Shown here: piece by piece, positions 10,452 to 19,646 of the stretch
Layout: each line of letters begins with the position of its first letter
Numbering within the stretch: the stretch's first letter is position 1
Assembly: GCA_964452465.1 (NCBI GenBank)
Contig: CAYVMD010000003.1
Location: 509-64,508 of the forward strand
Length of the DNA: 64,000 bases
From: an uncultured bacterium
GTDB lineage: Bacteria; Armatimonadota; JACIXR01
Direction of reading: 5' to 3'
Translations under genes and position numbers: made by a program
Notes under the pieces: generated by a model
What the model was told of the DNA's origin: nothing
Databases searched by the model: none
Seen by the model: only the letters and a program-made list of their open reading frames with translations

Positions 10452-11756
10452 ATGTTTGAGACCCTATTCGCTGCGTTTCGCTATCCGGATTTAAGGAAGA
10501 GGATCCTCTTCGTCTTCGCTATGTTCGCGGTATATGTAGCGGGGCTTCACATCCCTATACCAGGTGTTAATAGGGCAGCATTGGAAGCCCTGTTCCAACG
10601 GGGCGGAGGGCTTTTTTCCCTGATAGATATCCTCTCGGGGGGAGCGATGCGAAGGTTCACCATCTTCGCGATGGGCATTTATCCCTACATAAATGCTTCC
10701 ATCATTATGCAACTTTTAACCATGGCGGTGCCCAGTTTGGAGGAATTGGCGAAGGAAGGTGGTGAGGAGGGACGAAAGAAAATTGGACAGTATACCCGCT
10801 ATCTAACCGTGCTTTTGGCTATGATGCAGGCATCGGGTACCTGCGTTATGTTGATGAGGACAAGGACCGAGGAGGGGATGTCCATCCTTCAAATCACTCC
10901 TTTTGAATTTATCCGCACCGTGATAGTTCTCACTGCTGCTACTTGCTTCCTCCTTTGGCTGGGTGAATTAATAACAGAAAAGGGAATAGGGAATGGGGTT
11001 TCCCTGATTATCCTCTGCAATATCATGGTGAGGATGCCTTTCGACATTAGCCAAACCTGGGAACTTTTCAAAGGCGGGGCAATTGGCTGGTTCAATCTCC
11101 TTTTACTATTGGTTCTCTTTGTGGGCGTGGTCGCTGCGGTTGTGGCGGTTCAAAACGCCCAGCGAAAGATCCCGGTTCAATACGCAAGGAAAATCGTTGG
11201 CATAAGGGCATATGCTGGGTCTCAAACCTTCCTCCCCTTGCGCTTAAATAACGCGGGAGTCATCCCAATAATCTTTGCTATCGCTATCCTATCTTTCCCT
11301 ACAGTTATCCTCAACTTTACTCCTGCCGCATCGAATCCTGGCTCCTGGGTCTATAAATTACTCATGCAATTCTCCCCAGGGCAAAGCATTATCGCTTCCT
11401 TCCTCTATGGCGCAATGGTTATGGCTTTCACTTATTTCTACACCGCTGTGATCTTCAATCCGACAGATATAGCGGATAATCTTAAGAAGGCGGGGGGATT
11501 CATACCTGGTGTGCGTCCTGGGCAACCCACCAAAGAATACATAGATAAGGTCCTCACTCGTGTCACCTTCGTTGGTGCGCTTTTCCTCGCTGCTATCGCT
11601 CTTCTCCAATATTACTATCCTCACATCACCGGTATCAGCACTTTCACCATTGTGGGTGGGACATCTATCTTAATTTTAGTGGGTGTGGCGGTGGAGACCA
11701 TTCAGCAATTAGAGGCGCAACTTGCCATGCGTAGGTACGAAGGTTTCATAAGATGA
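10452..11756 (+). CDS. secY: Preprotein translocase subunit SecY
   Basis: Multiple TM segments; IFAMGIYPYINASII, GIGNGVSL, GGFIPGVRPG. Confidence 0.98.
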   Translation: MFETLFAAFRYPDLRKRILFVFAMFAVYVAGLHIPIPGVNRAALEALFQRGGGLFSLIDILSGGAMRRFTIFAMGIYPYINASIIMQLLTMAVPSLEELAKEGGEEGRKKIGQYTRYLTVLLAMMQASGTCVMLMRTRTEEGMSILQITPFEFIRTVIVLTAATCFLLWLGELITEKGIGNGVSLIILCNIMVRMPFDISQTWELFKGGAIGWFNLLLLLVLFVGVVAAVVAVQNAQRKIPVQYARKIVGIRAYAGSQTFLPLRLNNAGVIPIIFAIAILSFPTVILNFTPAASNPGSWVYKLLMQFSPGQSIIASFLYGAMVMAFTYFYTAVIFNPTDIADNLKKAGGFIPGVRPGQPTKEYIDKVLTRVTFVGALFLAAIALLQYYYPHITGISTFTIVGGTSILILVGVAVETIQQLEAQLAMRRYEGFIR

Positions 11757-11785
11757 AACCACAAAGGGAAAGGAGAAGGAGGTAG

Positions 11786-12439
11786 ATGTTCGTATTTTTA
11801 GGTCCTCCAGGTGCTGGCAAGGGAACTTTGGCGAAAAGATTGTCGGAATTGCTTTATATCCCCCATATCTCTACGGGAGATATTTTTAGGGAGGAGATGG
11901 GAAAGGGAACTGATTTAGGGAAGTTGGCTAAGCAGTATATAGACAAAGGGGATCTGGTGCCAGATAGCATAGTGAACGAGATAGTCAAAAGGCGACTTTC
12001 CCAGGAGGACTGCAGCAAGGGCTTTATATTGGATGGGTTCCCTCGGACTCTACAGCAGGCTGAAGCATTGGGGGAGATATCCAACGAATTACATCGTCCT
12101 CTAAAAGCGGTGATAAATCTCCAAGTGAGCGAGGAGGAAATCATAAGGAGATTATCGGGGAGGAGGATATGCCGAAATTGCGGTGCGATTTTCCACATAC
12201 TTAATATGCCCCCCCGAAAGGAGGGAATCTGCGATTTTTGCGGGGGCGAACTTTACCAGAGGGAGGATGATACCCCCGAGGCGATAAGACATCGTTTGCA
12301 GGTGTATCATCAGCAAACCGAACCATTGATACACTTCTATAAGGAGAAGGGCCTTTTGGTCAATATTAATGCAGAAAGACCTATCGATGAGACCATCCAG
12401 CACCTGTTGAAGATAGCGGAGGGGAATGATCTACATTAA
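11786..12439 (+). CDS. adk: Adenylate kinase (zinc-lid type)
   Basis: GPPGAGKGT P-loop, HISTGDIFR, DGFPRT, lid CRNC...CDFC. Confidence 0.98.
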   Translation: MFVFLGPPGAGKGTLAKRLSELLYIPHISTGDIFREEMGKGTDLGKLAKQYIDKGDLVPDSIVNEIVKRRLSQEDCSKGFILDGFPRTLQQAEALGEISNELHRPLKAVINLQVSEEEIIRRLSGRRICRNCGAIFHILNMPPRKEGICDFCGGELYQREDDTPEAIRHRLQVYHQQTEPLIHFYKEKGLLVNINAERPIDETIQHLLKIAEGNDLH

Positions 12440-13190
12440 AACGGACGGAGAGATTCGAAGAATGCGCAAGGCGGGGGCGATTGTAGCGGAAGTCCTCTGC
12501 GTCATAGAGGAGCATGCCCGCCCAGGTGTCTCTACTGCCTACCTCAACGATATAGCTGAGAAAATCATCCTCTCCTACAATGCTCATCCTTCGTTTAAAG
12601 GATTCAACGGATTCCCCTGCGCGATCTGCACCTCCATTAACGATGAAGTGGTCCATGGTATCCCCTCAAGCAAGCGTTTTTTAAAGGAAGGGGATCTCTT
12701 GAAGGTGGATGTGGGAGCAGAGTGGGAAGGCTATCATGCCGATGCGGCGAGGACCTTTTTTGTAGGTAGTGGCGCGCCCCCAGATGAGGTGTCCAAATTG
12801 ATAGAGACCACTTATCAAGCTCTTCAGGAGGGATTGAAGCAAGTGAAAGAAGGCAAAAGGATAGGGGATATCGGCTATGCTATATATAAGTTTGTAAAAT
12901 CCCAGGGGTTTTCGGTTGTCACAGATTTGGGCGGGCATGGTATTGGGAAATCCCTATGGGAGGACCCTTTGGTGCCAAATTACGGGATTAAAGGGAAGGG
13001 GCCTCGTTTGAGAGAGGGGATGACCATAGCTATAGAGCCAATGGTCAATATGGGGAGGAGTAAAATATATGTGGCGGAGGATGGATGGACGGTGAAAACT
13101 GTGGATGGGAAGTTTTCTGCCCACTTTGAGAACACGATAGCTGTCACAAAAGAAGGGTATATAATCCTTACGGAAAAGGAGGAACGGTGA
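12426..13190 (+). CDS. map: Methionine aminopeptidase type I
   Basis: [36 protein letters not shown] metal ligands. Confidence 0.97.
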   Translation: MIYIKTDGEIRRMRKAGAIVAEVLCVIEEHARPGVSTAYLNDIAEKIILSYNAHPSFKGFNGFPCAICTSINDEVVHGIPSSKRFLKEGDLLKVDVGAEWEGYHADAARTFFVGSGAPPDEVSKLIETTYQALQEGLKQVKEGKRIGDIGYAIYKFVKSQGFSVVTDLGGHGIGKSLWEDPLVPNYGIKGKGPRLREGMTIAIEPMVNMGRSKIYVAEDGWTVKTVDGKFSAHFENTIAVTKEGYIILTEKEER

Positions 13191-13402
13191 AAAAGGAAGT
13201 TATAGAAATGGAAGGTATTGTAATAGAGGCGTTGCCAAATGCAGCTTTTCGAGTTAAACTTGATAATAATAGGATAATAACGGCGCACGCTTCTGGTAAG
13301 ATGCGCCTCCATTATATAAAGATCCTGCCCGGGGATAGAGTCAAAGTGGAACTTTCTCCCTACGATCCCACCAAGGGTAGGATAATGTATAGATATAAGT
13401 GA
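13187..13402 (+). CDS. infA: Translation initiation factor IF-1
   Basis: EALPNA.FRV.L, HASGKMR, ILPGDRV.VELSPYD. Confidence 0.98.
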   Translation: MKKEVIEMEGIVIEALPNAAFRVKLDNNRIITAHASGKMRLHYIKILPGDRVKVELSPYDPTKGRIMYRYK

Positions 13403-13415
13403 GGTGAAAATCAAA

Positions 13416-13532
13416 GTGAAAGTTCGTCCTTCGGTAAAAAAGATATGTAACAAGTGCAAGATAATAAGGCGAAGAGGAGTCGTAAGGGTTATCTGCTCTA
13501 ACCCCAAACATAAGCAAAGGCAGGGAAGGTGA
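13416..13532 (+). CDS. rpmJ: 50S ribosomal protein L36 (not in the ORF track)
   Basis: Translated by hand from GTG 13416: [38 protein letters not shown]. Confidence 0.97.
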   Translation: MKVRPSVKKICNKCKIIRRRGVVRVICSNPKHKQRQGR

Positions 13533-13537
13533 AAACG

Positions 13538-13903
13538 ATGGCAAGAATAGCAGGTATAGACCTACCAAGGGAGAAAAATATAGAAATTGCCCTTACCTAT
13601 ATCTACGGTATAGGGCGTTCTCTAAGTAAGAAGATCCTACAGGAGGCCGGTATTCCCCCTAACATCAAAGTAAGGGATCTAACGGATGAAGAAGTCTCTC
13701 GCCTCAATGACATAATCACTAATAATTACAAGGTAGAAGGAGACCTGCGAAGGGAGATTGCGGGGAATATTAGGCGCCTAATAGAGATAAATTGTTATAG
13801 AGGCATGAGGCATAAATTAGGCTTGCCGGTGCGAGGACAAAGGACACGCACCAATGCTCGCACGAGAAAAGGTCCGCGAGCGAGAATTGGTGGAAAAAGA
13901 TAG
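13538..13903 (+). CDS. rpsM: 30S ribosomal protein S13
   Basis: [30 protein letters not shown]. Confidence 0.98.
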   Translation: MARIAGIDLPREKNIEIALTYIYGIGRSLSKKILQEAGIPPNIKVRDLTDEEVSRLNDIITNNYKVEGDLRREIAGNIRRLIEINCYRGMRHKLGLPVRGQRTRTNARTRKGPRARIGGKR

Positions 13904-13924
13904 AACAGTGTAAGGAGGTAAAAG

Positions 13925-14311
13925 ATGGCCAAAAAGAAGAAAGGAAAACAAAAGGAAAAAAAAGCCCCTGCTTATGGTGTAGCGCACATCAAATCTACTT
14001 TCAATAACACAATCGTCACTATAACCGACAAAGAAGGCAATGTCCTTTGTTGGAGTAGTGGAGGAACGGTGGGCTTGAAGGGTACCAGGAAGGGCACGCC
14101 TTATGCGGCCCAACTGGCTGCTGATGCAGCAGCTAAAAAAGCATTGGAGATGGGGATGAGGAGGGTTGATGTATTGGTTAAAGGAATAGGACAAGGAAGG
14201 GAAACAGCGATAAGGGCCCTACAAGCTGCGGGTTTGGAAATAAATATGATCAAAGATGTAACGCCCGTCCCTCATAACGGATGCCGCCCGCCCAAAAGAA
14301 GAAGGATGTGA
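13925..14311 (+). CDS. rpsK: 30S ribosomal protein S11
   Basis: [29 protein letters not shown]. Confidence 0.98.
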   Translation: MAKKKKGKQKEKKAPAYGVAHIKSTFNNTIVTITDKEGNVLCWSSGGTVGLKGTRKGTPYAAQLAADAAAKKALEMGMRRVDVLVKGIGQGRETAIRALQAAGLEINMIKDVTPVPHNGCRPPKRRRM

Positions 14312-14321
14312 GGTGATTTAA

Positions 14322-14951
14322 ATGGGAATTTACCTTGGACCCCGCTGCAGATTGTGTAGGAGAGAAGGGGTGAAGCTCCTTCTAAAGGGGGATAAATGCT
14401 ATTCCAATAAGTGCCCTATGGAAAAAAGGAATTATCCTCCCGGCATACACGGGCGAGATAGGGCAACCAAACCTAAAGATTATGGGGTTAGGTTCAGAGA
14501 GAAACAGAAAGCAAAACGCATATATTGGGTGAATGAAACCCAGTTTAGGAATTATGTGGAGGAAGCTAGCAGTATTAGGGGAGGTAGGACAGGAGAAAAC
14601 CTGCTAATCTTGTTGGAAAGGCGTCTGGATAATGTCGTGTACAGACTGGGGTTCGCTTCCTCCCGCAGACAAGCGCGTCAGATCGTTTCTCATGGACACA
14701 TATTGGTAAACGAGCATGTTGTTGATATCCCTAGTTATCAGGTTGAGGTGGGAGATATAATAAAGGTGAAGCCCGATTCCCCCATACAGACTTTGGTTAA
14801 AGAGGAAGTAGAAAAAAGGGGTGGTAGGTGCCCCAGTTGGCTCAAAGTAGACGAGGAGAAGCTACAAGGCGAAGTTATCGGTTATCCCTCTCCCCAGGAA
14901 TTGGAAGTGCCTCTTAACGAGCAATTAATTGTGGAATTTTACTCCCGCTAA
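14322..14951 (+). CDS. rpsD: 30S ribosomal protein S4
   Basis: CRLCRREG, EKQKAKRIY, ERRLDNVVYRLGFA. Confidence 0.98.
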   Translation: MGIYLGPRCRLCRREGVKLLLKGDKCYSNKCPMEKRNYPPGIHGRDRATKPKDYGVRFREKQKAKRIYWVNETQFRNYVEEASSIRGGRTGENLLILLERRLDNVVYRLGFASSRRQARQIVSHGHILVNEHVVDIPSYQVEVGDIIKVKPDSPIQTLVKEEVEKRGGRCPSWLKVDEEKLQGEVIGYPSPQELEVPLNEQLIVEFYSR

Positions 14952-14957
14952 GCGGAG

Positions 14958-16001
14958 GTGAGCGATTTGCCGATCATCCATCCTCGCATAGTTGTATTGA
15001 AGGAAGATAAGAAGGAAGGAAAATTCCAGATATACCCTTTAGAAAAGGGTGTAGGACATACCATAGGTACCGCTTTAAGGAGGGTGTTATTGTCCCAAAT
15101 AGAAGGCCTTGCGATTACGGAGGCGAGAATTGAAGGGGTATACCATCCCTTTACCACAATCCCAGGCGTTATGGAGGATGTTACGAGGATATTACTTAAC
15201 CTCAAAGAGGTTGTCCTGCGTTCTCGCTACCCGCTAAAGGAGCCGGTGATACTAAATCTAAAGGTTCAAGGCGAGGGAGAAGTGATAGCCGAGGATATAA
15301 AGGTTCCCCCTGAGATAGAAATAGCAAATCCAGAGCATCATATCGCTACCATAACCGAACCAGATGGGGTTCTCGCCATCGAGATGAAAGTAGAGAGTGG
15401 AAAAGGTTTCCGGTTGCCTCGCCCCTCTGAAAAAAGGAAGGCGGAATCCCCTATAGGTTTCCTTCCCCTCACCGCCATCTTCACACCAGTTAGGAAGGTC
15501 GGCTACTATGTGGAATCCTGTTTCTTCTCCCGTTGGGAGGAGGGGAAAGCATATCTGGGCGAATTAGCAACCACTACCTTGGTTGATCCATCCGTTGAGG
15601 TTGAGAGATTAGTAATAGAAATACTTACCAACGGTGCATTCACGCCCTCCGATGCACTGCAAAAGGCTGCCTCTATCCTTTGCGAATACTTCCAGATAAC
15701 TGCTCTACGAGAGGAGACAGAACAACCCCTGATGGCTCAGCCAGGAGTGGAACAAAATGACCCTACCCAAGAGTTACTCTCTATGAGGTTGGAGGATTTA
15801 GAATTGCCTAGTAGAGCCTACAATTGCCTGGTTCAAGAGGGCATTCGAACAGTGGGGGAATTGATCTCTAAATCGGAAAAGGAACTGCTTAAGCTCCGCA
15901 ATATGGGGGTTCAGACGCTTAAACAAGTGAAGGAAAGGTTGGCTAGTTTTTCCTTATCCCTTGCCCCAGATGACGATACAAAAGAAGGAGGAAAGAAATG
16001 A
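14958..16001 (+). CDS. rpoA: RNA polymerase alpha subunit
   Basis: GHTIGTALRRVLLS, IPGVMEDV, CTD LELPSRAYNCL...LRNMG; alpha-operon position. Confidence 0.96.
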   Translation: MSDLPIIHPRIVVLKEDKKEGKFQIYPLEKGVGHTIGTALRRVLLSQIEGLAITEARIEGVYHPFTTIPGVMEDVTRILLNLKEVVLRSRYPLKEPVILNLKVQGEGEVIAEDIKVPPEIEIANPEHHIATITEPDGVLAIEMKVESGKGFRLPRPSEKRKAESPIGFLPLTAIFTPVRKVGYYVESCFFSRWEEGKAYLGELATTTLVDPSVEVERLVIEILTNGAFTPSDALQKAASILCEYFQITALREETEQPLMAQPGVEQNDPTQELLSMRLEDLELPSRAYNCLVQEGIRTVGELISKSEKELLKLRNMGVQTLKQVKERLASFSLSLAPDDDTKEGGKK

Positions 16002-16354
16002 AGCACAGGATAGGCTACAAAAAATTAAGCAAACCAACCGATCAACGTCTTGCTATACTTCATGCCCTGGCAAGGGAGCTCATCATGAGGGGGCAAATCG
16101 AAACTACTCTCACCAGGGCAAAGGAAGCAAGGAGAATAGTGGAGAAACTCATAAGTTTAGCAAAACGCAATAACCTCCATGCCAAGCGGATGGCGATGCG
16201 GATCCTTCGAGATAGAAAAGCTTTGAGGCAACTATTTGAAGAAGTAGCGCCTAAGATGGCTAATAAAAATGGGGGGTATGTTAAAATCATCCGCCTTGCT
16301 CCAAGGCGGGGCGATTCTGCGGAAATGGCGCTAATTTCCCTCGCGGAGGAATAA
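15998..16354 (+). CDS. rplQ: 50S ribosomal protein L17
   Basis: MKHR, IETTLTRAKE, NGGYVKIIR, RRGDSAEM. Confidence 0.97.
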   Translation: MKHRIGYKKLSKPTDQRLAILHALARELIMRGQIETTLTRAKEARRIVEKLISLAKRNNLHAKRMAMRILRDRKALRQLFEEVAPKMANKNGGYVKIIRLAPRRGDSAEMALISLAEE

Positions 16355-16384
16355 CACCTAAAACATCACTAACAACGGTGTTCT

Positions 16385-17116
16385 ATGCGAAATATAGCGC
16401 TGTGGCTCAGTTATGATGGGACGGATTTTTTCGGCTTCCAAAGACAGAAGGACCTCCCTACAATCCAAGGAGAAGTAGAGAGGAAATTGTCCACTTTGCT
16501 TGGGGAAAAAATAAGGATAATCCCTGCATCACGCACCGATGCAGGAGTGCACGCCCGTCAACAGATAGTGAATTTCCACACTAACTCCCCCATCCCTGTG
16601 TGCCGTCTTCCTTATGCTCTCAATAATCTCCTTCCTCCATCCATAAGGGTTATCTCCGCTAAGGAGGTTCCTCCCCAATTTCATGCTCGCTTCCACGCTA
16701 AAAGTAGACGATACAAGTATTTTCTTCTTCAGAAGATTCCCCCTTTTCCCTTCTTCCTTCGCTTTGCCCTTTACTATCCTTTCGAAATAGATTTGGAACC
16801 CATGCTGGTAGTAAAGGAAAAACTTATAGGTGTTAAGGATTTTTCCGCTTTTACCTCTCAGGAAGGGGAAACTATACGGAACCTCTTAGCGCTTGACATT
16901 ACAGCAAAAGATAATATAATTATCTTTACATTAGAAGCGAACGCCTTCCTTAAAGGAATGGTTCGTAATATCGTAGGATTCCTCCTCGCTATAGGAAGGG
17001 GAAAACTCTCTCCTTTAGCAGTGGAGGAAGCGTTGCAGAAGAAGAGGAATTTTACGGACTTGCTCGTGCCCCCACAGGGGCTCTTCTTGTGGAAGGTTAA
17101 ATTCTCGAATCGTTAG
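16385..17116 (+). CDS. truA: tRNA pseudouridine(38-40) synthase
   Basis: YDGTDFFGFQ, SRTDAGVHA catalytic motif, FHARF, FLKGMVR. Confidence 0.95.
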   Translation: MRNIALWLSYDGTDFFGFQRQKDLPTIQGEVERKLSTLLGEKIRIIPASRTDAGVHARQQIVNFHTNSPIPVCRLPYALNNLLPPSIRVISAKEVPPQFHARFHAKSRRYKYFLLQKIPPFPFFLRFALYYPFEIDLEPMLVVKEKLIGVKDFSAFTSQEGETIRNLLALDITAKDNIIIFTLEANAFLKGMVRNIVGFLLAIGRGKLSPLAVEEALQKKRNFTDLLVPPQGLFLWKVKFSNR

Positions 17117-17134
17117 GAAAAGGAGGAGTAGAAA

Positions 17135-17572
17135 ATGCGCACATATATGCCGAAAAAAGAGGATATTAGAAGGGAATGGTATCTAATAGATGCCAAAGGT
17201 AAGATATTGGGAAGGTTAGCTTCCTTTATAGCTCGCATATTGATGGGGAAGGGGAAACCCTCCTATACACCTCACCTTGACCTTGGAGACGGTGTGATAG
17301 TTATTAACGCTGACCAAATTCGGGTAACGGGTAAAAAGATGGAAAAGAAACTATATAGATGGCATACGGGTTATCTCGGTGGTCTGAGGACTTTTACCTT
17401 AAGGGAAATGTTGAGTAGAAACCCCCAAAAGGTTCTCTACCTCGCTGTAAAGGGGATGCTTCCCAAGAATAAGTTGAGGGCAAGCCGTCTTAAAAGGTTG
17501 AGGATCTACACTGGTAGCGAACACCCTCATCAAGCACAACTGCCTAAACCGATAGAATTAGAGGAGGTGTAA
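17135..17572 (+). CDS. rplM: 50S ribosomal protein L13
   Basis: WYLIDA.GKILGRLAS, YTPHLD, GMLPKN, HPHQAQ. Confidence 0.98.
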   Translation: MRTYMPKKEDIRREWYLIDAKGKILGRLASFIARILMGKGKPSYTPHLDLGDGVIVINADQIRVTGKKMEKKLYRWHTGYLGGLRTFTLREMLSRNPQKVLYLAVKGMLPKNKLRASRLKRLRIYTGSEHPHQAQLPKPIELEEV

Positions 17573-17576
17573 TATA

Positions 17577-17984
17577 ATGGAAGTGAAACTCCTCCCAGAT
17601 TATTACGCTACGGGGCATAGGAAAACAGCAACTGCCAAGGTATGGCTTCTTCCTCAGGGTGGCGGTAGGATCATAATAAACGAAAAAAGCTTGGAAGAAT
17701 TTGTGGGAGGTAGGAAGATCTTAGAGGAAATGATTAAACAGCCTCTCCAACTCACGAATACCTTGGAAACATACGATGTTTTCGCTCGGGTTGAAGGGGG
17801 AGGTGTCTCCGCGCAAGCTGCTGCAGTTAGGCATGGCATCGCCAAGGCGCTCCTTAAGGTTTCGCCTTCCTTCAGAACGATGCTCAAGGAAGCAGGGCTC
17901 CTCACAAGGGATCCCAGGGAAAAAGAACGTAAGAAATATGGGCGACACCGAGCAAGGCGTGGTTTCCAATACTCCAAGCGCTAA
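17577..17984 (+). CDS. rpsI: 30S ribosomal protein S9
   Basis: ATGHRKTA, GGGVSAQA, LTRD.REKERKKYG, QYSKR C-terminus. Confidence 0.98.
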   Translation: MEVKLLPDYYATGHRKTATAKVWLLPQGGGRIIINEKSLEEFVGGRKILEEMIKQPLQLTNTLETYDVFARVEGGGVSAQAAAVRHGIAKALLKVSPSFRTMLKEAGLLTRDPREKERKKYGRHRARRGFQYSKR

Positions 17985-18705
17985 GAGAATACTCCTCCTG
18001 TTCTTCTTTCTTATCATCTCCACTTTTGCGGAAGCGGACCGCGTTACGGTCGTTTTAACCTTGCCTAATGCAAAGAAAAACCTCTCTTCGGGAAAAAAGA
18101 TGGAGGTAGTGAGTGTCATAAAGGAAGGAGCGGAGGTTTATTCCCTTCCTTCTCCTCGTTCCATCCTCTATTACAAATGCCCCCAAAACATGCTCCTTGC
18201 GGTTGCGGAAAGGAAGAATGGATGGTTGGGCATTCTCATGATGGATGGCTCAGTGGGGTGGATTAAGGAGGATTACACGAAGCCCTTGCCCTATATCGTT
18301 AAAACGAATATCCAACCTACCGCTTCTCAGGAGAATTCCCTTCCCTATAAGATAATAAAAACCGCTTTGAACTTCCTCGGAGTCCCTTACAGGTGGGGTG
18401 GTACTTCTTCTAACGGTTTCGATTGCTCGGGGTTCGTCCAGAAGATTTTCGCTTTGAATGGCATCTCTCTCCCTCGTAGAGCGAGCGAGCAATTTAAAGT
18501 GGGATACCCTGTTCCCATTCAGAATTTGCGCATGGGGGATAGGTTATATTTCATTAATAGCAGGACTAAGGCGATAGATCACACGGGTATATATATCGGC
18601 AATGGTTACTTCATCCATTCCGCCAGTTCCCGTGGGGGTGTAAGTATAGATAATCTTTCGGATAAGAAATGGCGCTCCATTTTCTTGGGTGCCAAGAGGT
18701 TATAG
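17959..18705 (+). CDS. Secreted NlpC/P60 peptidoglycan peptidase with SH3-like domain
   Basis: Signal-like KRILLLFFFLIISTFAEA; SH3b-like segment; YRWGG, FDCSGFV, LPRRA, HTGIY, FIHSA catalytic motifs. Start uncertain; in-frame GTG 17959 chosen. Confidence 0.85.
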   Translation: MVSNTPSAKRILLLFFFLIISTFAEADRVTVVLTLPNAKKNLSSGKKMEVVSVIKEGAEVYSLPSPRSILYYKCPQNMLLAVAERKNGWLGILMMDGSVGWIKEDYTKPLPYIVKTNIQPTASQENSLPYKIIKTALNFLGVPYRWGGTSSNGFDCSGFVQKIFALNGISLPRRASEQFKVGYPVPIQNLRMGDRLYFINSRTKAIDHTGIYIGNGYFIHSASSRGGVSIDNLSDKKWRSIFLGAKRL

Positions 18706-19646
18706 CTTCCCAACATCCGAAGGGTTTCCTTCCTTTATATAGAACAATACTGCTTTCCATTGCGTCTATTATTTTGGCTAATGCCCACCCCTTTGCTTAT
18801 CGGAGAGAAAATGTAGCAATGGAGAAGAAGTTATTATATCAAAATAAACAATTCAGCATATACGAGGTATCGTTCCCCAGCCCGGTCCAATCTGGCTGGC
18901 GAGAGAACGACACGGTCTTTGTATACCTGTTCTCTCCCCCTGCTGAACCAAAGGGGAAGATTTTGGTGCTCCATACTTTAAGGAGCAAGGATGTAGATTT
19001 GGAAAAGGAAATATGTAGGAGGTTCGCCCAACTCGGCTACGAAAGTGCGGTGCTGGTTCTTCCTTATCATTTAAGGAGATGTCCTCCGGGTTTGAAAAGA
19101 GCATGGGGGTTTTTGTCTTCGCCCTCTACGATAAGGACCACTATAATCCAAAGCGTGGTGGATGTGAGGCGATTCATTGACCTTTGGTTAAAGGGCGACG
19201 AGCGATTGGCGATCGTGGGGGTTAGCTTAGGTGCTATTATATCTTCCCTCACCATGGCTGTCGACCAGAGAATATCTATGGGTGTTTTCCTCCTCGGGGG
19301 TGGCAACTTGCCTCACCTTCTTTCCCATAGCCTCGTCCTCTTCCCCGAAGCCTTCAAATGGAGAAAAGTAGACTGGTCCATATTGGAGGATGTGGATCCT
19401 ATTAAATATGCTTCCCTCATCCCTCCTCGTCCAGTGTTGATGGTGAATGGGCGGTTGGACCTCGTGGTACCCTACAATTCTTCTTTCCCCCTTTGGAAAC
19501 AGATGGGGGAACCCCAGGTGGAATGGCTTTTGTGTGGTCACTACGGGGCTTTCTTATTGAAGGACAAAATATTGCGAGAAGTGTTAAAATTTATAACGGA
19601 TAAAATAGGAGGTGTCAGAGCATGCAACGGAGATTACCCCTCATAA
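18669..19646 (+). CDS. Alpha/beta-fold hydrolase
   Basis: GVSLG nucleophile elbow, NGRLDLVVP acid, GHYG His; start 18669 or 18819. Confidence 0.8.
   Translation: MALHFLGCQEVIASQHPKGFLPLYRTILLSIASIILANAHPFAYRRENVAMEKKLLYQNKQFSIYEVSFPSPVQSGWRENDTVFVYLFSPPAEPKGKILVLHTLRSKDVDLEKEICRRFAQLGYESAVLVLPYHLRRCPPGLKRAWGFLSSPSTIRTTIIQSVVDVRRFIDLWLKGDERLAIVGVSLGAIISSLTMAVDQRISMGVFLLGGGNLPHLLSHSLVLFPEAFKWRKVDWSILEDVDPIKYASLIPPRPVLMVNGRLDLVVPYNSSFPLWKQMGEPQVEWLLCGHYGAFLLKDKILREVLKFITDKIGGVRACNGDYPS

Noticed and set aside
17776-17958. Long N-terminus of the NlpC/P60 ORF
   Set aside because: Alternative-frame read of rpsI with no protein-like features
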